Position numbers and translations under genes: made by a program. A model generated the notes under the pieces. That model saw only the letters and a list, made by a program, of their open reading frames with translations, was not told the origin of the DNA and ran no database searches. Below, piece after piece: positions 1-9,735 of a DNA stretch of 64,000 nucleotides (position 1 is the first letter of the stretch; the number at the start of each line of letters is the position of its first letter). Source of the DNA: Phyllobates terribilis (Eukaryota). The stretch is taken from assembly GCF_046119375.1 (NCBI RefSeq), contig NW_027362761.1:63488001-63552000 (forward strand). The letters run 5' to 3'.

Positions 1-585
1 AATGGTAACGGAGAGAAAAGCTGAAAAACTTTAAGAGGAGTATATTGGAAAGTTTGATAACTTTTAGAAGGTCGAGACCAACTTTGTTTATTCGGAATAC
101 CCAATTTAAATAGCGGCTCTGTCATGTATTCAACTTTTTGCTAAAATAGAAGGAAAAAAAAAACCATATTCATTTATTTTTATTTAAAGAGGTTATACAG
201 GACAAATGTATTTTTTTTACTATGGGTCTAAGAACTAACAGGCAGATAGTTATTAACTACCTGCCCGTTGTGCACGGCGCCAATCTCTTCAGGCTCAGAG
301 TAGTCACGGATTGCTCTTGCCGGCAACTTTGCGGCTTCTGCTGATATCACGTCGCTAGAGCAGCTGCTTCTCTTCCACTCTGCTCTGTTGACGGGGTGTG
401 ACTAGCGATGTCATGCTGACTGAAAGCTGGGTCCGAGCTGCGTAACTGCGGGAAGCCGGCTGTCAATTAGGATGACGCCAGCAGTCACGCCCCGTCGACA
501 GATTAGCCCAGAAGAGGAAAAGCTGCTCTATTAACGTTGAGCAGCAATAGCAGGAGCAGTCCATGTAGAGGATTTCTGAAAATAG

Positions 586-1075
586 TTAAAGAGAACTTAT
601 CATCAGGATTACGCATATTTAAAATAAAGGTATAGCCATAATGGCGCTGCTATACTGATTCAATAGATACCTTCGGTGAAGAAATCCACAACTTGTTTGT
701 TGTTTAATCATCATTAGAAGTTAGGGTTTCCTAAGCTTTTGGCGCATTAGGGCGGTACTGTGGTTAGAGTATTTGGCTCCGCCCCGGCCCCTCCGCTACC
801 TCTGGTGTCTGTATCTTCTTCCTGTTTTAAATTTCGCGTCAGTGCCGTCCTAACCGTGGGTGGCACTTGCGGAGATCTCCCGACAGTCTTCAGCAAAATG
901 ATGGTGCATGAGCAGATTGAGCTGAGATCTGCGCAGGTGCCGTCATTTTCCTGAAGACTGCTTAGGAAACCAAAACTTCTAATGATGATTAAACATCAGG
1001 CTGCGGATTTCTTCACTGAAGGTATCTGTTCAATCAGTATAACAGCTCCATTATGGCCATACCTTTATTTTATTA
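586..1075. mobile_element. Palindromic T2/Kolobok-type MITE remnant
   Basis: Starts TTAA-AGAGAAC. Inverted arms ~622-735 and ~960-1070 (AAATAAAGGTATAGCCATAATGG...TTTCCTAAGC / GCTTAGGAAAC...CCATTATGGCCATACCTTTATTT). Right end unclear. Confidence 0.5.
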
Positions 1076-2237
1076 AATAAAAATGAAAACGATTGGGTAT
1101 GTGGCAGTTAGGTCCCTAAAATCAGATCTTGAGGATAGCATGGTACCTACAGACGATGTTTTGATTGTTTATATGCCGCATGTCCAATGCCAAGAAGCGA
1201 TAAATATGTATGTCATTATTTTTCCCTTGTATAGGCATCTATTTCGTGCTTTACTGCCAATGATTTAATCAAATGTAACTTCCAAACATTGTGTAAATCC
1301 AGCCTTGCATAAAGTGGCAACCTTGACATAACATGTCTGGCGGATTCACCTACATATAGAAATGCCGAACAACGCTAAATGGCCTTTATTACCTTAAATA
1401 TCCAGTAGGACTGCATGTAAAATTAAAGGTTAACTGTACCTTCAGGTAAATTTTTAAACCAACTATCCTTTTTGTGTACATGAGGACTAACACTATTTCT
1501 GGTCTTTGCATGACTGATATCATGCATTTTCACTAGTTTAACGTGCTCTCATCATTTATAATTGAGTCTAGCTGCAATTATGTCCCTCATACACATCACA
1601 AGAGTGATGGATTCCGGCTCTTCATATCTTAGCTAACAAACAAAAAAATAAAGTATGCAGCAGAGTAGGTGTAAAGCCAACTCTGGATGAGGTAAAAGAC
1701 TGTCTCCCTCAGGCTCGTCTCACTCTACTCCTCCCCTCTCTATAGACTAACATAGGAGGTGTAACCCGACTCCTCACTGTGCTAGCAGTTCATCTGGTCT
1801 TGAACAAGAGGGATATTAGCTGTTTTTTCAAGAGTGGATGATGAGTCCAAGGAGGTGGGGACTCATAAGTGGAAAAAGATTAAGATTTCTCTGATAAGAT
1901 TACAAAGTTTATGTTTGCCTGTACTAATGATTTATGAAAAATAGAGATCTGTTTTAATCTATTTAAAAAATATGGAGGGGGGGGGGGGGGGGTGCATGCC
2001 TCTAAGGACTTGATCCACCAGTTACCAAGTCAAAAAATAAAGGAGAGTGAGACACAGCACATCAAGTGACATGAACCTTTTATTCACCCATGCATTTCAT
2101 TGGATGTGCTGCTTCACTTTCCATATTTTTTGACTATTGGTGAGTGTAGGATAAAGTCCTTAGAGGCGTGCACCCCCACTTTCAAACTGCCTGTGCTGCT
2201 GCCTTCCCTTTAACTAATCTGTCTTTATTTCAATGTA

Positions 2238-3185
2238 AAACCCCAATTCCCAAAAAGATGGGATTCTTTGTAGAATGTAATGAAAACAAGAATACAATGA
2301 TTTGGAAATCTTTAATAGCAATATTTTATTCACAGCAGAACATAGAACACAGATCAGAAGTTGAAAGTTAGACATTTTTCCATTTCATTTGAAAAAAAAA
2401 AAAAATTTAAAAATTGATGGCAGCAAGACAGCTCAAAAAAGGTGGGACAGGGCCACATCTGCCATTATGCAGCATCCATTCTTCCTTTTACAACAGTCTG
2501 TAAACGTCTGGGAAGTGAGGAGACCAATTGTTGGAGTTTTGCAAGAGTAATATTGTCCTTGGAGGAACAGTTATCCATTTGGGAGTTTTTGCCCAGAGAA
2601 GAATGTGTTGATATATGGTTTCTTCTTTGCATGAAAGAGCTTTAACTTATATTTGTGCATTGCATGGTGATATCAGTTCTGTTTTAAGGTAGTGCCACCT
2701 GAGGGTCCCTTGTGCACATAGATTTCTCCAGAATCTCTTGATATTATGTACTATAGATGGTGGGATATTCAAAGGCTTTGTAATGTTATGTTACGGAACA
2801 TTTTTCTTAAATTGTCCCACAATTTTCAGAGGCAGTTGTTCAGATTCATCAACCTCTGCCCATCTTTGCTTCTGAGAGACTCTGCCTCTCTAACATGTTC
2901 TTTAAATACACAGCATGTGACTTAGTAGAAATTTCACCCTCCAGCTGTTTATTTCACTAGTATCACTTATTCTTCCAGCTTTTTGTTAACCCTATCCCAC
3001 CATTTTTGAGATCCTCAATTTCTAAAGGAGTGAATTTTTTCAAATGAAATGGAGAAAATGTCTAATTTTCAACTTCTGATATGTGTTCTGCTGTGAATTA
3101 AATATGGCTATTAGATTTCCAAATTATTGCATTCTTGTTTATTTACATTTTACATTGCATCCCAACTTTTTGGAATTGGAGGTTG
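2238..3185. mobile_element. Internally deleted Tc1-like element
   Basis: TA-flanked degenerate TIRs (AAACCCCAATTCCCAAAAAGATGGGA / TCCCAACTTTTTGGAATTGGAGGTTG); no ORF. Confidence 0.6.
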
Positions 3186-5607
3186 TATTTTGATCTTTGA
3201 AATATCTTTTCTTCTTAGTTAATGTAAATTTCACAGCAATATTATATAATTTAAACCCACTTCTCCAAATTTATACTCTTACTGTAGAAATATTTAATAA
3301 TTTCACTAGCATCAGAAAAACTAAAATTGTAACATTTCCTGATCATGTTGGGCTGAATATTCAAAATAGTTGAGGCTTTATAACAGCCATGGCTAATGTC
3401 ATAACCGGTTATATTGGAGGTTTGGATTTGTCAGAGTATGGTTTCATCCGGATATGAGACATATTAGCTATAATGTATTTTCAAACACAGCCAGTATTGT
3501 ATTCTTGAATATTCAGTGCTCCAGCTCAGAGACATACATATTTTTGACGTGAAACTAACTTTTTCATTATATCAGCAGGCCCAGCTCCAGGTTTTTGTGG
3601 GCCCTCAGTGAAAGAGTCTCGGGGGCCCCTTTAACACATACCAAGATTCATGATACACAGATACGGTACAACACAGGGTCCAGCCTGTCCCCTCATCCTT
3701 CACACATGCAGACATGCACACACACACAGTACGCAGACATGCACACACACACAGTACGCAGACATGCACACACACACAGTACGCAGACATGCACACTACG
3801 CAGACATGCACACACATACACACAGTACGCAGACATGCACACACATACACCACGCGGTACACAGACATGCGCACGCGCGGTGAGAAAGCTGGGAACAAGC
3901 CTCACTCACCTCCCCCCTTGTCTCCCGTCCAGCTCTTCCGGTATGTAGCTGCAGTACACAGACATGCATGCACACAATACGCACGCACACAATGCGCGGT
4001 GCGCAGATATGCGCACACGCGCTGGGGCAGCTGGCAACAAGCCTCACTCACCTCCCCCCGACATGTCTCCCGTCCAGTTCCTCTGGCATGTAGCTGTGGA
4101 GGGCACGCTGCTTGATGGCCGTCACTTAAACAGATATGGCCAGGCGCAGTGCACTGGGCTTCTGTGTCTGCTAGTAATGATGCGGCCCGGCCACGTCATT
4201 TTAAGCCGACACAACCGCACAGTGCACTGAGCGCGGCCATTAGTGATGAGCAAGTGTGCTCAGATAAGGGGTTAAAAAATAGGGGAAAAATAGGTTAGAG
4301 TTGCAGCAGCTGCATGTCGCGCGTCTGTTCGACAGCCGCAACACATACATGGATTGCCTAACAAACAGGCAATCCATGCATGTGTTGTGGCTGTCGAAAC
4401 AGACGCGTGACATGCTGCTGCGGCAACTTGAACCTATTTTTATCGGTCGACCATGACAGCACCACGAGAGAGGGGATCCGCCCATCAAGGACAGGAAACC
4501 TACAGGCTTAAAATGGGCGTCCCTCTCGTTCGCCTCAGTTTGGTTTCCTGTTCTTGATGAAGGGAACCTATTTCCAGCTCGTGGAAAACCGGATGGCGAC
4601 GACTGTCGAGCAGCACCCCTATCTGGGATCTGCAGCTCCAGCGTCTGCTATGTGGGTGCAACCCTATCTGGGAGTGGCACAGCATTCTTGCACCAGATAA
4701 GCAGGGGGTTGCGCCCCTATCTGGGGTGGCAGCCCTTTCATCATCTGCTTCAGCCAGGTTTGCGCCCCTTTCTGTGGAGGAGTCTGCCCCTGGACTGGTC
4801 CGGACTGCGCCCCTATCTGGGGTGGCAGAGCCCACCATCGCTCTGAAGACAGGCGGGTTGCGTGGGATGCCGTCCCCATCGACACCCAGCAGGCTGGATA
4901 TCCGACGCTGCGCCCCGATCCAGGGTAGCAGGCCCGTTGATCTTGGCAGAGCCTACCTGGAGCGGCGGCGACTGGAGCTTCCCGGCGCAAGGCTCGTGCG
5001 GGCGCACACTTCCGCCTCCTCCTGTAAGTTGCAGCCCGATGACGTCACCGTGCGTCGGGGCGATCACGTGACCGGGACCCGGAAGTCCAGTCACGTGCAC
5101 CTAATTGTAAGTGTGGTATTAACCGCGGCGAGGGGGCGCCAAGCGTCCCTGTGCAAAAGAAAAAAAAAAAAAAGGGGGAATGTATTCAATTAAAATCAGG
5201 TGGCTGAGGGGTGGAACAGGTGCTACTTAACTGGCCCAAGCACCACTGTTCAGGGCTTCCCAGCTTCGTTCTCCCTATCATGGAGTCCGATAATGAGCAG
5301 CAGTAGCAGCAAGTTCAGCAGCCGCCATATCCACCATCTCAGCGGCTGTTTGAGGAGCCCCAAAAAGTGCATCGCCCTCGTGTTACTGGTAACGCCCGGT
5401 CCTCAGGAAAGTGAGGTTCAGCGTCTAAGTCCAGTCATCACGGTTCCAGCAAGATGGACGAATCTGCAGCCTCCAGGGACGATCCCCGGGCTGAGAAGGG
5501 TCCTTCCTCCAAATCGGTACCAGCCCTTTTGAGCCACCTGGGTAAGTGATCTTCGAGAAAGTTCACTTAGTGATGGAGTATCCCTTCTCCCCTTCTATTT
5601 TTAATAG

Positions 5608-6860
5608 GGGAAGAAGTGTACCTCCAAGACCAAGCATGTTCAATGTGCATTGTGTAACACCGTCCTTCCCGACTCATATCCCAAAAAATTATGTCAGTCC
5701 TGTATAAATCATACGCTAGCAGAGGAGACCCCTAGCTTGACCTCAGGATTAAAAACCTTGGTCAGGTCTGAAATTGGTAAAATCCTCTCTAAAAAGACTA
5801 AAGTAAAGGTGGATACAGACCAGGAGATCTCCCCAGCCCCTGATGACTCTCTGTCGTCGGCTTATGATTTGGACTCGGACGACTCAGCCTCTTCATCATC
5901 CACTTCCTCAGATAGTGGTGCGGGTCAGCATTGTTTCCCACTTAATGGAGTTGATGGCTTGATTAAAGCAATTCGATCACCCATGGGTATTACAGAGGCC
6001 AGACCAGAAAAATCAGTCCAGGATGTAATGTTCAGGGGGCTGGGACAAAGAAAAAGAAGTTTTCCCTTTAACGATAAAATTCAGGACTTGATACGTAGAG
6101 AATGGAAAAGGCCAGAAAGAAAGGGTGTTTTTCCTCCGTTCTTTAAAAGAAAATACCCCTTTGAAGACTCAGCTTCTTCTTCCTGGGAGAAAGCCCAAAA
6201 AATAGATGTGGCTATATAGCTAAGGCATCTAAGCGATCCTCTCTCCCCTTTGACGATATGGGGGCTCTTAAGGACCCTTTGGATAGGAAAGCTGACACCT
6301 TTCTCTAAGGGACCTGGGAAACGTCTGCGGTGGCCTTAAAGCCAGCGGTTGCCGCTACTTGTACTGCCAGGTCCCTAATGATATGGTTGGACCAACTTGA
6401 ATCCCATTTGAGAAATAACACCCCCAGGAAGGAGATTTTATCAAATATATCACTCCTACAGGGGGCAGCAGTCTTCCTGGCGGATGCCTCGGCGGACTCA
6501 GTCAGATTGGCAGCAAGGTCAGCCGCCATGTCCAACGCAGCCCGTACAGCCTTGTGGCTTAAATGTTGGCCAGGTGATATTCAAGCAAGAACGAGACTCT
6601 GTACTATTCCATGTGAAGGAGAGCATCTTTTTGGGCCTGTTCTGGACGAACTTCTGGATAAAGCCAGTGACAAAAAGAAAAGAAAGGTTTCCCTAGCTTG
6701 TCTGCCCACGCTTATAAACGTCCTTTCCATAGGAGAAGGTTTCTACGAAAAAGACCGCAGAAGGGTCACTAGAAGTGGGAAGACCGCAGACCGAAAGGTA
6801 GAGGGCTCCTATTTGGCTCTTCTCCTTCTAACCGGGGACCCCGGAAACCGAGTCAATGAC
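5608..6860 (+). pseudogene. DIRS1 gag-like ORF1, disrupted
   Basis: CxxC...CxxC (QCALC...LCQSC), then RREWKRPE, KDPLDRKAD and W...W.GD...LC.IP.EG..LFG motifs typical of vertebrate DIRS ORF1. Frameshift at ~6214, TAA at 6306-6308 and a further shift near 6680. Confidence 0.8.
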
Positions 6861-6886
6861 TCGCAGCCCAGGTAGGGGGGAGGCTG

Positions 6887-8725
6887 TTGGGCTTCTTACC
6901 TGCCTGGACAAAAATTTCTGCTAGTAACTGGATCCTTGATCTGGTAGGTTCGGGTCTGAGGTTCACGTTTCGGCAGATTCCTCGTGGGAGATTCATCTTG
7001 ACCCCAAACCGTCCCTCGGCATTAGAGCAGACGGCCCTACAAGTGGAAATCCTGAACGTGGTCCATAAAGCGGTCCTAGTGGAGATCCCGACAGCAGAAA
7101 AGGGGCTAGGATTCTACTCGCCTCTTTTCTTGATTTCTAAGCCTGATGGTTCTTTTAGGTGCATTATTAACCTTAAAGCCCTTAAGTTTTTGTTAGTTCC
7201 CACCTTTAAGATGGAATCCATTAAATCTACAATAAAGTTACTTTTTTCAGGCTGTTACATGGTAGTATTAGATCTAAAAGACGCCTATTACCATGTAGCT
7301 ATACACATGGATTTCCAGAAAGACCTTAGGGTGGCTTTGATCATAGATGGAGAAATTAAGCACTTCCAGATTAGGGCCTTACCGTTCGGTCTGGCCATAG
7401 CCCCCAGGGTATTTACTAAGATTATAGCGGAAGTCATGGCTCATGTCAGGGAACATAATATTTTAATTATCCCTTACCTGGATGATTTCTTAATAGTTGG
7501 AGACTCAGCCTCCCAATGTTATAATCACCTAAAATTAGTATCCTCCATCTTAGAAAGTCTAGGCTGGATCCTAAATCTAGAGAAGTCCAGGGTTGTGCCT
7601 TCAAAAATACAGCAGTTCTTGGGTATTATGCTGGATTCAGACCTTCAAATAGGTTTCCTCCCGGAAGCCAAGAAACAAAAGGTTAAAATCCTGGTAGAGA
7701 AAGCATTATCAAACCCAGTCATGTCCCTTAGAGCTGCGATGTCCTTGTTGGGTACCCTGTCATCTTGCCTTCCCGGGGTTCTGTGGGCACAATACCACTC
7801 CAGGGTTCTACAGTGGGACGTCCTACATAATGAAGTTTTGTTAAATGGGCACTTAGGACGACGAATGTCCTTGTCACCCCAATCACTTGAATCCTTGTGG
7901 TGGTGGGTGAACGAGGCGAACCTGTCACGAGGAGTTCCCTGGGTATTTAGAGTCACTAAAATAATTGCAACAGATGCAAACTCCCGCGGGTGGGGGGTTG
8001 CCCAGGGGTCCTGGTCAGACACGGAAAAGGGCTTTTCCTCCAACGCTAAAGAACTGCTAGCAGTGGATAAAGCAATTAATCATTTCTTGCCTTTCCTTCA
8101 TGATAAAAACGTTAAGATCCTTTCAGATAATAGGATAGCGGTAGCTTACATGAACCATCAGAGGGGTACACGTTCTGGATCACTGATGAGAGTGACGGAT
8201 CGTCTTTTTCAGATTTCGGAATGCCATCTCCTTTCCTTAACGGCTCTCCACATCAAAGGAAAAGAAAACAAAGGCAGACTACTTAAGCTTTTCTATCTGA
8301 GGCAAGGCGAATGGGAACTAAAGCAGGACATTTTTTCCCAAATAGTCCGGAAGTGGGGGCTTCCGGTGGTAGATCTCTTCACAACAAGGCTAAATCGAAA
8401 GACAGAGCTCTTTTGCTCCCTAAATCCCAGAGAAAACCCCCTGGCAGTGGATGCTCTCCAAGTGACTTGGGATTTCAGTCTGGCCTATGCCTTCCCCCCA
8501 CTGAATCTTCTTCCCTTGGTCCTAAGAAAGATCAGAGAGGACAAGGCGAGGGTCCTTCTGGTCACCCCCTTTTGGCCCAGGAGGCCCTGGTTCTCATGCC
8601 TGAGGAACATGTCAATCTCCGATCCTTGGGTCCTGCCCGAAATTCCGGATCTCCTCAGCCAGGGTCCAATAGTTCATCCTCAAGCCCCTGGCTTGACGGT
8701 GTGGAACTTGAGAGGTCTCTGTTAG
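6887..8725 (+). CDS. DIRS1 pol: reverse transcriptase + RNase H + adenine-methyltransferase-like domain
   Basis: 612-aa open frame with LDLKDAYYH, LPFGL, YLDD (RT); TDA, KELLA, SDN (RNase H); VDLF...YAFPP (MT-like). True start is probably just upstream (QVGGRL). Confidence 0.9.
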   Translation: MGFLPAWTKISASNWILDLVGSGLRFTFRQIPRGRFILTPNRPSALEQTALQVEILNVVHKAVLVEIPTAEKGLGFYSPLFLISKPDGSFRCIINLKALKFLLVPTFKMESIKSTIKLLFSGCYMVVLDLKDAYYHVAIHMDFQKDLRVALIIDGEIKHFQIRALPFGLAIAPRVFTKIIAEVMAHVREHNILIIPYLDDFLIVGDSASQCYNHLKLVSSILESLGWILNLEKSRVVPSKIQQFLGIMLDSDLQIGFLPEAKKQKVKILVEKALSNPVMSLRAAMSLLGTLSSCLPGVLWAQYHSRVLQWDVLHNEVLLNGHLGRRMSLSPQSLESLWWWVNEANLSRGVPWVFRVTKIIATDANSRGWGVAQGSWSDTEKGFSSNAKELLAVDKAINHFLPFLHDKNVKILSDNRIAVAYMNHQRGTRSGSLMRVTDRLFQISECHLLSLTALHIKGKENKGRLLKLFYLRQGEWELKQDIFSQIVRKWGLPVVDLFTTRLNRKTELFCSLNPRENPLAVDALQVTWDFSLAYAFPPLNLLPLVLRKIREDKARVLLVTPFWPRRPWFSCLRNMSISDPWVLPEIPDLLSQGPIVHPQAPGLTVWNLRGLC

Positions 8726-9735
8726 AATGCAAAGGATTCTCCCAAAACCTAGTGGCTACATTAATGTGTAGTAGAAAACCTGTCACTACCAGGATTTACG
8801 CCAGAACTTGGAAGAAATTTTTATCGTTCTCTGGTTCTACAGTTGGTGAGGGGGTGCCAATTGGAAAAATCTTAGCGTTTTTACAGAAGGGCCTTGAGGT
8901 GGGGGTGGCAACAAGAACCCTTAAAGTCCAAGTCTCTGCCTTAGGTGCCCTATATAACTGTGACCTGGCAGGAAATGACTGGATTTCTCGCTTTATCAAA
9001 GCTGCGTTTAGATCCAGGCCTGTTATCAAAAGCAATTTAGCACCCTGGGATCTAAATTTAGTTCTCAAAGCATTATTTGGTTCACCCTTTGAATCAATAG
9101 ATTCAGCATCCCTTAAGGCCATCTCCCTTAAAACAGCGCTTCTAATAGCTCCAACACCTGCTAGAAGGATTAGTGACATCCAGGCTCTGTCTTCAGCTTT
9201 ACCTTTCGCTCAGATCCTGGACAATAGAATTATTTTTAAAACCGACCCAGCATATCTCCCTAAAGTAGCTTCCCGTTTCCATAGACTCCAAGAAATAATC
9301 CTACCCTCGTTCTGTCCTAATCCAAGTAACCAAAAAGAGGCAGAATTCCATACCTTAGATGTAAGAAGATGTGTGATTAAGTACCTGTCGGTCACCCAGA
9401 CTTTCAGGAAAGATAGTTCCTTGTTTATCTCCTACCAAGGGGTTAGAAAAGGGCTTAAGGTTGCTAAGTCCACCATAGCTAGGTGGATCACGGAAGCTAT
9501 TACTGTAGCCTATGTCTCCAGCGGGGAGGAAGCGCCACAGGGGTTGAAAGCTCACTCTACCCAAGCGGTGGCGACCTCGTGGGCGGAGAAGACGGGTGTC
9601 TCGATGGAAGACATATGTAAGGCTGCTACCTGGTCTTCTCCATCTACCTTCTATAGGCCCTATAGACTGGTTTTGGGCGTTTCATCTGACCTCACATTTG
9701 GAAGAAGGGTGCTCCAGGCTGTGGTCCCTCCCTAA
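8311..9735 (+). CDS. DIRS1 tyrosine recombinase (probably catalytically inactive); 5' part overlaps pol
   Basis: RRISDI, KTDPAYLPKV, HSTQ (canonical HSTR), WSS..TF..PY. The recombinase-like part begins at ~8720. Confidence 0.85.
   Translation: MGTKAGHFFPNSPEVGASGGRSLHNKAKSKDRALLLPKSQRKPPGSGCSPSDLGFQSGLCLPPTESSSLGPKKDQRGQGEGPSGHPLLAQEALVLMPEEHVNLRSLGPARNSGSPQPGSNSSSSSPWLDGVELERSLLECKGFSQNLVATLMCSRKPVTTRIYARTWKKFLSFSGSTVGEGVPIGKILAFLQKGLEVGVATRTLKVQVSALGALYNCDLAGNDWISRFIKAAFRSRPVIKSNLAPWDLNLVLKALFGSPFESIDSASLKAISLKTALLIAPTPARRISDIQALSSALPFAQILDNRIIFKTDPAYLPKVASRFHRLQEIILPSFCPNPSNQKEAEFHTLDVRRCVIKYLSVTQTFRKDSSLFISYQGVRKGLKVAKSTIARWITEAITVAYVSSGEEAPQGLKAHSTQAVATSWAEKTGVSMEDICKAATWSSPSTFYRPYRLVLGVSSDLTFGRRVLQAVVPP

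Noticed and set aside
1-3575. Possible 3' exons of a convergent neighbouring gene (POLR1E is adjacent in mammals)
   Set aside because: No matching peptide found; the region is mostly MITE and Tc1 remnants.
4500-5532. Several 65-155 aa ORFs in the DIRS1 leader
   Set aside because: GC-rich repeat-derived frames on both strands; no gag-like motif before ~5608.
8340-9735. Phage integrase plus Dam methylase suggesting prophage or bacterial contamination
   Set aside because: Both are standard parts of DIRS1 retroelements and lie between DIRS termini within vertebrate repeats.
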